Source: Neoechinorhynchus agilis
Lineage: Eukaryota; Animalia; Acanthocephala
Direction: 5' to 3'
DNA: 64,000 nt
NCBI GenBank assembly: GCA_051530055.1
Contig: CM121341.1
Coordinates: 2,260,638 to 2,324,637 of the forward strand
Positions 1 to 11,910 of this stretch are shown here, in pieces. The number at the start of each line of letters is the position of its first letter. The stretch's first letter is position 1. The notes under the pieces are model-generated. The model worked only from the letters and a program-made list of their open reading frames with translations, was not told the origin of the DNA and made no database searches. Position numbers and translations under genes: made by a program.

Positions 1-590
1 GTACCCACGAAAAACGATTGGGATCACGTTGAGCCAAGCAAGCACCCGATTCTCTTGTAGAGACTGCCGGCAATCGAGATCGGTTCACCAGATCACAAGA
101 ATCTGAAATTAAAGAGTTATGAATTCTCGCTACGAGGGGTGAATCCCAAACTGATTGTTTGCAACCATTGACGGGTACCTGCTTGCTGCCTGAATCTCCA
201 CACCAACGATTAAGCGCCTCCACGAAATCTCCATCCGAAGTCTAATTCTCGCCAAGAACGGATTTAACTACTTTGCGGCTCTGAGAGATATCGGCTGCTT
301 TTCGGATACTCAAACCGCCGGACGACACAGGCAAGGATCCTTGACGCCAGGTATCGTCCGATAGCTGAGTATTTAAATATTCTCGAGCCAGGCTGCAACC
401 GTTTCGTCTAATTGTTCCATCTTATCTTCGTGTCTAAAAAAGTGCTGATCACAGCTTATACACTAATTTTGAAATGACGAGAGTGTTCTTGATCAGGAAC
501 AGAGCCTCGTGTAAGGATAATTCATCAACTCGTTCGCACAGCACCGAAAGTTGGGTTGAAGATTAGCAAATCGATCTAGCTCAAAATGAA
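1..590 (-). mobile_element. Degenerate CRE-clade (RLE-type) non-LTR retrotransposon fragment
   Basis: Minus strand translates, with stops and frameshifts, to LHEALFLIKN...LPVSSGGL...RWC...SVWDSPLVAR...AVSTRESGA. This is colinear with the better-preserved copy at 61555-63110 and closely similar to 22760-22990. Confidence 0.8.
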
Positions 591-1599
591 AGCGAACTCG
601 AGATATTAGTCTGATTCGAATTAGGTGCTTTTTTGAAAGCAATCTAAAAATACGACAAAAATTATAAAATTTATTCAAATGACCTTGATCGATCGAGTAT
701 GATCAAAAGCAATAACTTTTAACTTGCTGTTCGTCGGTCGTTTTTTGAAAGCGCAAATTAGAAAATCATTTTTTCGGCGATGACCAAATGTGAAATATAA
801 GCTTAAAATTCAAATGTAAATGAAGTTAACAAGGCTGAGCCACACATACGCCAAAAACTAAATATTGTTGATTTTGAAATACAAACAAGTTTACAAATAG
901 ATAAAAACTGTTTATCATCAACAAATAACGCTTCCTCTTCTTTGCTTTACACTCACCATTTTCTCGCCTACCGAAGGAAGTTATAATATCGATAATGGGG
1001 AATATTTTTAACAACGTTCGTCCAATGGTTCAATCAACGATTAATAACAAAGGAAAATCGAGAGCTTTCGATAACCTACAGAAAAATGGTTTCTATCTAT
1101 CCCGCATCCCAGTTCACCCAAGACAAATATTAAAATACATTGAAGGGAAAAAGAAAATAAAAGGAGAATGAAAGGATAATTCAGAATAATAATTTACGGA
1201 TAGAAAAAAGCATTAAATAAATATATTTATTGTCTAAAAATTAATCTTCTAAATGAGTGCAACCTCACCCAAATTATGAGAAAGTAGAATACAATATCGA
1301 CAATATATATTTACCTTTTTTCATCTATTGCACAATACGGAGAGAATTTGTTTGAAGAATAAAACTGAATTTTACGATGAGTTTCTTATTTAGATACGAA
1401 CATGCAATTATGCTCGAAGAAACTATCGTATAAAATTTTGTTTATTTGAGTTTCTTTGGCGTTTTAAAAACAGGGATTTTTTGTATTATATACAACAGAT
1501 GAAGCTTAATTTCGATGGCACCTTGACGCTTAAAGATAAAAAATATATATTGTTACCAATTTACTAATTTTAGAATGCCGCTTTAGCCAATTGTATTTC

Positions 1600-2520
1600 G
1601 TTTCATGAAACGCTCCTTGAAAATATGCTCTGAAAGTTCAACCATTAACTTTATATAAAATGGTTTAAAAATCCACATGCTGAGCAGAATCAAATCAAGA
1701 AAAATTTAAAGCGCACTCTCATTATTTAAGTAAATTCTCGCTGCAAAAAATAAAACTGAACAAAATGGATATTGTATTTGCACTCAAACAATTTTAGAAA
1801 CCCATTAGAGTATCTAATTTAGTACTAAAAAGTTTAAATTCCAAAAATCCATACACAAAGGTGACAAAGTAAAATGAGCTTACGATGGAGAGCCTCAAAG
1901 GGTTATTTAAGCATTAAAAATGGTGTAAATTTTAAGAAAACATCCTGAACTGTCACGTCATTAGTAAAAATACACTTTTATTAATTTCTTTAAATGAAAA
2001 CAGACTGATCGCATGCGCAAGATGATTATATTAAAAGCATAAACCAAATGAATCGCTCCGTCAAAAATATGCCCATAAAGTTCTAATTGTTTGAGCGAAA
2101 ACTCAACCATTAACTTTATTTAAAATGGGACTGAAAAGGTTATTTAAGCATTAAAAATGGTGTAAATTTTAAGAAAGCATCCTGAACTGTCACGTCATTA
2201 GTAAAAATACACTTTTATTAATTTCTTTAAATGAAAACAGACTGATCGCATGCGCAAGATGATTATATTAAAAGCATAAACCAAATGAATCGCTCTATCA
2301 AAAATATGCCCATAAAGTTCTAATTGTTTGAGCGAAAACTCAACCATTAACTTTATTTAAAATGGTAAGAAATCCACATACTGTGCATAGCTTACGATCG
2401 ATTTCTTTTTGAATGTCACGTCATTAGCAAAACTACACTTTTAATGATTTCGCTAATTGGAAACAGACCAATCGCATACGCAAGATGATTATTTTAAAAG
2501 CACCAACCAGGTGAAACGCT
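1600..2520. repeat. About 238-bp tandem repeat (2 full copies plus flanking partial copies)
   Basis: ggttatttaagcattaaaaatggtgtaaat recurs near 1900 and 2137; diverged partial units near 1600-1680 and 2410-2520. Confidence 0.8.
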
Positions 2521-2777
2521 CATTATTGTGGAAATTATCCAATAATACAAAAAACATTTTGCGTCCGTTTCCTTATTTCCCACCACAGATACACATCGTG
2601 CGCTGAACAGCGATAGTTTCGAACGCGTTCACATAAAAAATCGTCATAAAATCGGCAATTATGCAGCAGTCCACAAATTAGTTAGAGTAGCTTTGTTTGA
2701 AGTCTGATTGGCTGCAGTGGAAAATCACAATCTGTGCCGCCCCCAGAGCTCAAAACCTTTTGCCTTTAGATTTTATA

Positions 2778-3581
2778 ATGGCGCGTCGTTCTCAGCGATT
2801 ACTTTTAAACGTAAATAAAAGCAATGCCACAATCGACTACACAGAATCTTTGAAATTAACGAAGACGCCACGCAGAAGAGCCAATAGACTTAATGCATGG
2901 GGACAGGGAACATTCGCCGACCTCATTTCCATGGCGATTGAAAGCAGTCCAGAAAAGAGACTAAAATTGAAAAACATTTATGAATGGTTTATCGATAACT
3001 ATTCGTATTTTAGACAAAGACGAGATTTGGAGAATAGTAAGCAATGGAAGGTACTTTTTATTTTTAAAATTTCGAAAAATTAAAATCACATTTAGAATTC
3101 AATTCGACATAACCTTTCTTTACATTCATGTTTTCGAAAAATAAAAGATGGGACAGGTCGAGACAATTCATGGTGGGTGATAAATCCGAACGGAACAGTG
3201 TACAAAGGAAGATATCAACGCGTTTCACAGTTGGAATCAAAAGATGAAGAGAGTTTTCAGGAGATTCCCCCAAAGAGAAGGAAGGAAGATGAGGTGGAGA
3301 GCCATCATTTCGAAGATTGCCGATTTCCGGATTATTATCCAAATTTTAATGAATATATGGGTGAAAATTACTTTCAATATCACGAGGTAGTAAGACGCGA
3401 ATCTTACGAAGAAGACGACCAAACGCAAGTTTTTATTTTAACACCGTGGTCAAATGAGACCGAAATTGTTCCAATCAGTCATGTCCGATTTATAGAATTT
3501 GATGTCCCACTTTCAAAGCCTCAGGCAGTGTCCGCCGAAGAATATAAAGCGTTGTGTGAAAAAGCTTTGAGTAAAAAGTAA
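2778..3581 (+). CDS. FOXO: FoxO-subfamily forkhead transcription factor, 252 aa, exons 2778-3050 and 3096-3581
   Basis: NAWG..FADLISMAIESSPEKRLKLKNIYEWF...QWK, then a 45-bp GT-AG intron, then NSIRHNLSLHSCF...SWWVINP. The NAWG and SWW.(L/I)NP motifs are FoxO-type. Confidence 0.9.
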
Positions 3582-3728
3582 TAAATGATATTTGCGGTAA
3601 TTTTCGCGTAATTTAAAATTCTAGATAGATAGTGTGCAATAATTTTATAAAACAAATATTTGTGTTTAATTAATAACAGCTTCCGTAAAAATTTCATGCG
3701 CCAGTGTAATATTGTCTTCGGGGAAAAG

Positions 3729-3928
3729 ACTGTCCTTTGGTAGTTTTGCTACCCGGACGGATTTAAGTTTTTTCTAATTTATTTCCGATATTTCACGTCG
3801 GATAATTTCGACACGAAAAAATTACAAGCAGTGACAAACCTTGACAATGTCGGAATTGTCCGAAGAGATGTCGGAAATAAATCAGTGAATTTAAATCCGG
3901 CGGGGTCGCAAGACTACTAAAAGAAAGT
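3729..3928. mobile_element. Palindromic MITE-like element
   Basis: Imperfect terminal inverted repeats (actgtcctttggtagttttgctacccggacggatttaa / ttaaatccggcggggtcgcaagactactaaaagaaagt) and an inner inverted repeat; related to 60917-61155. Confidence 0.65.
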
Positions 3929-4579
3929 ATATTTTTTTTGCAATTTACAAACATGGCGAGGTTTCCCAATGTTCACATTATGGATTGTAGATTTCTTGCT
4001 ATAAATTTTTTAATGACCATAAAAACATTACATACTGCCTCCTCAGTCATCTCAAATGCATTGAGTTTGTTTCTATTGCATGGCTGCGACACGCAGGATC
4101 GCCATTCACGAGGTCCGGGACAATAATTCTGCACGTAACCTTGCGATGTGTGGTGTTTTTCGTTGATTTTAACACTTCGCTAAACGGTAGCCTTAATCAA
4201 AATTTTGTTTCCTTCCATAACCTCAACCGCAAGACGACTTCTAATTTTTTGTTCCCTCTCGACAAAATACATTCCATAAAAAATCTATCCTATGCTGCAG
4301 AGCACCTTGGTAATTAGATATAGCCGAGGAGTCTCCGTGATTTGGATCAATGTGTATCTTCTTCTTGAGAGTGTTTTCAAGTGTGATCCCTTTATTGTGA
4401 TACAACCAAACTCCAGTCTTCATAATCGAGAAAAAATAATGAAAATGGTTCCATCGTTGATTGAGTTCTAACGCTTTCGAAGGTAACAGACTTGATAGAC
4501 GAATTTGGGGTTATGGGGTTAATACCTGAATGTTTCGATTCCATAGTTTATTATCCCTCAGTGGATGAGATCCTAAAAG

Positions 4580-7500
4580 CTCTCACGAGAAGACTAATGA
4601 CGCAACCAAATAAACCGATTAAGTTGCGCGGAGTATTCATCCCTTCCAAAATTGTGGACATCGTCGATATTCGGATTAGTAATCCCGAATTTCATAGGAA
4701 CATTGAGCAAAAAAACAAAGAAAAAAATAATGCGAAATGATTAGCAACAATAAATTCGTATACGCCAAAACGCCTAAACAACGACAACTTTAGCGAATAA
4801 AATGTCTCAATCACGTATTCGTCGTGACATTCACGAGAAGACTAATGACGCAACCATTGAAACCGATTAAGTTGCGCGGAGTGTTCATCCCTTCTAAAAT
4901 AGTGGACAAAGTCGATACTCGGATTAGTAATTCCGAATTTCACAGGAACATTGAACAAGAAAGCAAAGAAACAATAATGATTAATGATCGCAACACCAAA
5001 TTCGTATACGTTAAGACGCCTAAACAACGGCAACTTTAGCGAATAAAATGTCTCAATCGCGTATTCGTCGTGACATTCACGAGAAGACTAATGACGCAAC
5101 CATTGAAACCGATTAAGTTGCGCGCAGTATTCATCCCTTCTAAAATAGTGGACATCGTCGATACTCGGATTAGTAATCCCGAATTTCACAGGAACATTGA
5201 ACAAGAAAGCAAAGAAACAATAATGAGAAATAATTGTAAATAGCTAATTCGTATACGCTAAGACGCCTAAACAACGGCAACTTTGGAGAATAAAATGTCT
5301 CAATGTATTCGTCGTGACATTCACGAGAAGACTAATGACGCAACCATTGAAAGCGATTAAGTTGCGCGCAGTATTCATCCCTTCTAAAATAGTGGACATC
5401 GTCGATATTCGGATAAGTAATCCCGAATTTCACAGGAACATTGAACAAGAAAGCAAAGAAACAATAATGAGAAATAATTGTAAATAGCTAATTCGTATAC
5501 GCTAAGACGCCTAAACAACGGCAACTTTGGCGAATAAAATGTCTCAATCGCGTATTCGTCGTGACATTCACGAGAAGACTAATGACGCAACCATTGAAAG
5601 CGATTAAGTTGCGCGCAGTATTCATCCCTTCTAAAATAGTGGACATCGTCGATACTCGGATAAGCCGAATTTCACAGGAACATTGAACAACAAAGCAAAG
5701 AAACAATAATGATTAATGAACGCAAACCGCAAATTCGTATACATTACGACGCTTAAACAACGACAACTTTAGCCAATAAAATGTCTCAATCACGTATTCG
5801 TCGTGCCATTCACGAAAAGACTAATGACGCAACCATTGAAACCGATTAAGTTGCGCGGAGTATTCATCCCTTCTAAAATAGTGGACATCGTCGATATTCG
5901 GATAAGTAATCCCGAATTTCACAGGAACATTGAACAAGAAAGTTAAGAAACAATAATGAGAAATGATCGAAAAGCGCAAATTCGTATACGTCAAGACGCC
6001 TAAACAACGGCAACTTTAGCGATTAAAATGTCTCAATCGCGTATTCGTCGTGACATTCACGAGAAGACGAATGACGCAACCATTGAAACCGATTAAGTTG
6101 CGCGGAGTGTTCATCCCTTCTAAAATAGTGGACATCGTCGATATTCGGATTAGTAATCCCGAATTTCACAGGAACATTGAACAAGAAAGCAAAGAAACAA
6201 TAATGATAAATGATCGCAAACAGCAAATTCGTATACGCCAAGACGCCTAAACAACGACAACTTTAGCGAATAAAATGTCTCAATCGCGTATTCGTCGTGA
6301 CATTCACGAGAAGACTAATGACGCAACCATTGAAACCGATTAAGTTGCGCGCAGTATTCATCCCTTCTAAAATAGTGGACATCGTCGATACTCGGATAAG
6401 TAATCCCGAATTTCACAGGAACATTGAACAAGAAAGCAAAGAAACAATAATGAGAAATAATTGTAAATAGCTAATTCGTATACGCTAAGACGCTTAAACA
6501 ACGGCAACTTTAGCGAATAAAATGTCTCAATCGCGTATTCGTCGTGACATTCACGAGAAGACTAATGACGCAACCATTGAAACCGATTAAGTTGCGCGGA
6601 GTGTTCATCCCTTCTAAAATAGTGGACATCGTCGATATTCGGATTAGTAATCCCGAATTTCACAGGAACATTGAACAAGAAAGCAAAGAAACAATAATGA
6701 GAAATGATCGTAAACAGCAAATTCGTATACGCTAAGACGCCTAAACAACGACAACTTTAGCGAATAAAATGTCTCAATCGCGTATTCGTCGTGACATTCA
6801 CGAGAAGACTAATGACGCAACCATTGAAACCGATTAAGTTGCGCGCAGTATTCATCCCTTCTAAAATAGTGGACATCGTCGATACTCGGATAAGTAATCC
6901 CGAATTTCACAGGAACATTGAACAAGAAAGCAAAGAAACAATAATGAGAAATAATTGTAAATAGCTAATTCGTATACGCTAAGACGCTTAAACAACGGCA
7001 ACTTTAGCGAATAAAATGTCTCAATCACGTATTCGTCGTGACATTCACGAGAAGACTAATGACGCAACCATTGAAACCGATTAAGTTGCGCGCAGTATTC
7101 ATCCCTTCTAAAATAGTGGACATCGTCGATATTCGGATAAGTAATCCCGAATTTCACAGGAACATTGAACAAGAAAGCAAAGAAACAATAATGAGAAATA
7201 TTAAATCGCAAACAGCAAATTCGTATACGCTAAGACGCCTAAACAACGACAACTTTAGCGAATAAAATGTCTCAATCGCGTATTCGTCGTGACATTCACG
7301 AGAAGACTAATGACGCAACCATTGAAACCGATTAAGTTGCGCGCAGTGTTCATCCCTTCTAAAATAGTGGACATCGTCGATATTCGGATTAGTAATCCCG
7401 AATTTCACAGGAACATTGAACAAGAAAGCAAAGAAACAATAATGAGAAATAATTGTAAATAGCTAATTCGTATGCTAAGACGCCTAAACAACGGCAACTT

Positions 7501-7770
7501 TAGCGAATAAAATGTCTCAATCACGTATTCGTCGTGACATTCACGAGAAGACTAATGACGCAACCATTGAAACCGATTAAGTTGCGCGGAGTGTTCATCC
7601 TTCTAAAATAGTGACATCGTCGATACTCGGATAAGTAATTCCGAATTTCACAGGAACATTGAACAAGAAAGCAAAGAAACAATAATGATAAATGATCGCA
7701 AACACCAAATTTGTATACGTTAAGACGCCTAAACAACGACAACTTTAGCCAATAAAATATATAAATCGCG
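4580..7770 (+). repeat. 247-bp satellite array, about 13 units
   Basis: gtgacattcacgagaagactaatgacg recurs at about 247-bp spacing (4824, ~5070, ..., 6050, 6297, 6544, 6791, 7038, ...). Confidence 0.97.
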
Positions 7771-7926
7771 TATTCATCTTCCTTGTGCTTCTGACGACAG
7801 AGGAAAGCTTTCTCTTTCTCCAAGGAAACCTTCACAGAGCGCTTTCACTTCGAAAGGTACTCAGACAATCGTCGAGTTCATGATTTCCAGATCTTCTTTT
7901 GATTCGGCAATTAATTTTTATTTCTA

Positions 7927-10618
7927 ATGAGTTCAACATTGATTTCGAGCCGTAATATTCGTCGGCCGCCTCCGTATTCTCGCTTAAACTACGCGGTTAG
8001 CCGCTTGTTCGATATTGGCTATCGTAAGTGTCCATTAACTTTTATCTGCCGTTTTTCATGGACGAAATTCAAGTGTCGAATGTTATAAAGCTCAATGTAA
8101 CTTCAACATCGAGTAGCGGCGTAAAGTTTGTTACATCCGGGAAACTTTTTATGGATACTCAAAAGGCTATCGGTGGTTTAGAGACGCGATTTGTTACAGC
8201 TGATAAAGGTAATATAAAATCTTAAAATATACATGTAAAATCTTCATCTTTTGTTCACTTCGAAGGCTTTACTTTCTCTGAGAAATGGGACACTGATAAT
8301 GTTTTGTCCTCAGAGCTTATTGTAAACGAAAATATTCTATCTCTCCGTGGCTTATCTTTGAACTTGCAACTCAAGTTGCCACTTTAAGCGAGGTTTTTTC
8401 TTTATATCTGCTTTTTGTTTTCTATTAGAATTTTTAAAAGGATTTTTTTATGATTTTTCGTAGTCGGTGTTTTATGAGTTGTTGTTCTTTGTTTACCGCA
8501 ATTTGTCCTTTAAATGTTTACAAATTGTTGATTGTTAAAAATGTTTTTCTTAATTTTTTTATGCATTTTTTTGCTTAAATGTTGACGGGGCAACACGACA
8601 AGCATCCAGGCTACAATTGAGGACGAGGACGGCTAAGCATTTTTTGCCCGATAAAGTTTTCCTCCAAGATTTTGTATGATTGTTATATCAAAAAATATAT
8701 CTTTCGTTCAAGCTTGATTTCGTGAGGATTTCTTAAATATCATACTTTATTGGAATTTTTAAACGAAACATATTGCTATCGTTTACCTTTTTATCGAAAA
8801 GGCACGAATTTTTTTTATCGAAAAATCATTTTTTCCCATTTATGAAAGTTCCGATGGTAACGGCGAAACGTTCATATCCTTCATTTTCTCGAGGATGCAT
8901 CATTCCTTTATTCCATGACAGATTCTCTAAAATGTCTCGCTGCACGGAAATAAAAATTTTAAATTATTAATATTTTTTGATTATCAGTTAACACTTTAAA
9001 AAATTATAAAAGTTCCGATGGAAACGGCGAAACGTCTTTATCGTTCGTTGCCTGGAGGATGCATAATTCCCTTTCTTAATCGCTGATTCTCTCATAAAAA
9101 ATAGTTGTTTGCATAGGGATGAAAAAAATTAATTATTAATATTTTTTGATTATCAGTTAACACTTTAAAAAATTATAAAAGTTCCGATGGAAACGGCGAA
9201 ACGTCTTTATCGGTCGTTGCCTGGAGGATGCATCATTCCCTTTCTTAATCGCTGATTCTCTCATAAAAAATAGTTGTTTGCATAGGGATGAAAAAAAGTA
9301 TAATTATTAATATTTTTTGATTATCAGTTAACACTTTAAGAAATTATAAAAGTTCCGATAGAAACGGCGAAACGTCTTTATCGGTCGTTGCCTGGAGGAT
9401 GCATAATTCCCTTTCTTAATCGCTGATTCTCTCATAAAAATAGTTGTCTGCATAGAGATGAAAAAATTAATAAATAATATTTTTTGATTATCAGTTAACA
9501 CTTTAAAAAATTATAAAAGTTCCGATGGAAACGGCGAAACGTCTTTATCGGTCGTTGCCTGGAGGATGCATAATTCCCTTTCTTAATCGCTGATTCTCTT
9601 ATAAAAAATAATTAACTGTACGGTTGCCCTTTGTTGTGGCGACGAACCATTTTCCAACTTTGTTTGGGAGAAGTTGCAAAATGTAGACAGACGGATCGAA
9701 TATTTTCCTCTTGACTTCTGTATTGATTTTTTAGTAGTAGTCTTTGTATAAATGATTTCTTAGTTCTTTTTAAAGTTCATTGTGGGTATAGCCAAGATGT
9801 TATCGGAGTCTCTTTGTTATATCTTAAATAGTTATTATTTTCTAAATGATTTTAAACAATTTTGTTTTAATTTGTCGTCCTGTTATCGATAAAACTTTAG
9901 TTTCTCTATTTTCCTATGCCCTTTTATTGATTTATGGTTAATAAAGTTTTTGTATAAATAGTTTCTTTGTACTTTTTAAAATTCATTTTGTATTTTCTCT
10001 ATTTTCTATAATCGTTCACTCGTGGCAATTTGTGTTTTAAAAGCATCATTTTCTCCAGCGACTGGCTCACGAGCTGGATCGATCAGGACGTCTTATATCA
10101 GCGATATAATTAACGCCCAAGCCGGATTCGAATTGAACCAACGACAATGGGAACCTTTGCTTACGTATTCCATAGTGACTAGTAGATTTTCTCGCGGTAG
10201 TTCGAATCTCTGGTTATTTGGTTGCTCGTTTTCATACAATTTAACCAAATCCAATTTTAAAAAAAGCAGTCTCTGCATTGGGTTCGATGCATCGGACTTT
10301 AGCGTGAGAACAAGTCTTGAGAATCAATCCGATGTTTGTGCATCTCTCATTCATTCGGTGAATCCGAGACTTCAAACTGGTGTTCAAATGAAATGGAATC
10401 CGAATTCAGACAAGACAAATCTGTATTTTGCTGCTTGTTATGAAGTGGACCCATCTCTCTCCCTTAAAATCAAAATCGCGAATTTAAGACATATCGGCAT
10501 TTCATGTACCCATGCATTGAGGCCTGGAGTGGCGCTTACAATGTCAACCAATTTGGATAGTTTAAATATCAATCAAGGAGATCATAAACTCGGATTTGGA
10601 ATCGACGTACAATGCTAA
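7927..10618 (+). CDS. VDAC: Divergent voltage-dependent anion channel (porin); exons 7927-8023, 8074-8208, 8266-~8387, ~10044-10618; exon 3/4 junction unresolved
   Basis: PPPYSRL..AVSRLFDIGY, GVKFVTSG, GFTFSEKWDTDN, SFSPATG, LRPGVALTMS..D..NINQGDHKLGFG are colinear with VDAC. Introns of 50 and 57 bp are GT-AG. In-frame TAA at 8385-8387. Confidence 0.85.
8845..9610 (+). repeat. About 169-bp satellite (about 4.5 units) inside the long VDAC intron
   Basis: agttccgat at 8847, 9011, 9180, 9351, 9518. Confidence 0.95.
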
Positions 10619-11179
10619 ATATATTCGTACTATCGACAGCTTTTTTCTAGAATATTGACCGTTTCTTTAAGTTCCTTAATTGAGTTTAGTATCTATGTAA
10701 ATTGCACTATTTATCGAGAATTAGTGATGTATTCTGTTTTTATTTTTAAAGCTACTTTAGTTTTTTGAGAACGTTTTAAAAGATGCATTCGTATGTAAGC
10801 ACTTGATCATTTTTTAATCTTTCATTTCCTGGAATCTAAATTGTAGTTTTCCCCTGCGAAACCAATTGCACTTTATTGCCTTGTTTTTTTTGTTTTTTTT
10901 CAGGCTAATTAACGTTCCTTCTAAATTGTAAAAGTACGGATTATGTCGTTATTTTTTTGATCAAAAACATCAATAGAATATGGATATGTCAAGTGCCGGG
11001 CTATATGATAAGAATTATTCTATTTTAAGTTTTAATGGCAAGCCGATTTGTTTCATGTAATCCTTAAATTTCAGTTTATCCCTTATATCCGGCTTATTTT
11101 TTAAGGCATAAAGCCAAACCAATTACAAATGCACGGTCCAGAGTTTGTAAGAATCCCTCCGGATTCTTAGATACCTCCC

Positions 11180-11290
11180 GAGAAGGCGGGACTCATCAGT
11201 GAGTTTCCTCCCTTCAGCGAGATATTTCGTCCCCTTTGGTTGTGCGTCATTGGCGGTAGAGGATTCGAACCAGTTGACCCTTAACTGAGT
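11180..11290 (-). mobile_element. tRNA-derived SINE fragment
   Basis: Reverse complement agggtcaactggttcgaatcctctaccgccaatgacgcacaaccaaa contains a B box and matches 16660-16710. Confidence 0.6.
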
Positions 11291-11294
11291 GCGA

Positions 11295-11430
11295 AGGTAA
11301 ATAATTACTTTTATCAAAAACGTTTCGAATCTCGACGGGTTCAGCATCAGTCTGTTAATTATTAAAAGACGATAACTTACAAACTGATGATGAGCCTGAC
11401 GAGGTTCGAAACGTTTTTTCATTAAAGTTA
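11295..11430. mobile_element. Palindromic element made of two head-to-head Penelope terminal repeats
   Basis: Minus-strand ctgatgctgaacccgtcgagattcgaaacgttt (11316-11350), a 33-bp spacer, then plus-strand ctgatgatgagcctgacgaggttcgaaacgttt. Confidence 0.75.
11381..11418 (+). ncRNA. Candidate minimal type I hammerhead ribozyme
   Basis: aaa-CTGATGA-t-gagcct(gacg)aggttc-GAAAC-GTT-ttt: core boxes, 6-bp stem II, palindromic ACGT helix III and a short A/U stem I. Confidence 0.6.
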
Positions 11431-11705
11431 TAACTCAATCTTATTAATTATTCATAGCTGAATTTTAGATTTACACGAAACTTGGAATTTCTAAAAGCTT
11501 TTTCAGTGTAAAGCACGAGTTCTTTGTTTATCAGATTCTTTGATCTCGTTGTCAGCGCTGTAATTTTAACGGATTCGCTCTATTTAATTTTAGTAATAAA
11601 TCAAAGGTTCACGCGTAAAGAACTTGTTCAAAAATTAACGACGAAAAAGTTCGTAGCTTAAAAGAAAATTGTGTATATAAATCTGCACTTCCTTTAAATT
11701 TGTGT

Positions 11706-11910
11706 AAGCTCAACATTTGATCAAGTTTAATGTCCTAATCAGTTCTACAGATCGTACAGTGGGCGATGCTCCCCTAATTGTTTTATAAACGGCCTCGTAG
11801 TTATTATTTGTTCGAAAAAGAATATTTAAGCTCAACATTTGATCAAGTTTAATGTCCTAATCAGTATTAAAGACCTTACAATGGACGATGCTCGCCTAAT
11901 TGTTTTATAG
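11706..11910. repeat. 122-bp direct duplication (2 copies)
   Basis: aagctcaacatttgatcaagtttaatgtcctaatcagt at 11706 and 11828. Confidence 0.85.

Larger units (their letters stand above)
4580..11019 (+). repeat. Left arm of large inverted segmental duplication (partner 49989-56770)
   Basis: Identical ORFs in mirror positions (10022-10618/50391-50987; 8028-8225/53285-53482); unique sequence differs by only scattered SNPs by eye. Confidence 0.97.

Noticed and set aside
3960-4290. Minus-strand frame containing CPGPREWRSCVSQPC, similar to a TSP1 repeat end
   Set aside because: The frame has an internal TAG, lacks the WxxW half, and I could not build a consistent exon model.
4824-7835. Many 60-125 aa ORFs in the 247-bp and 169-bp arrays on both arms
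   Set aside because: Products of repeat periodicity; unit lengths are not multiples of three and frames do not run between units.
8845-9610. ccgatggaaacggcgaaacgtc in the 169-bp satellite looked like a retrozyme hammerhead
   Set aside because: The GAAACGTC half is present but the core reads CCGATGG rather than CTGANGA, and neither stem I nor stem II pairs.
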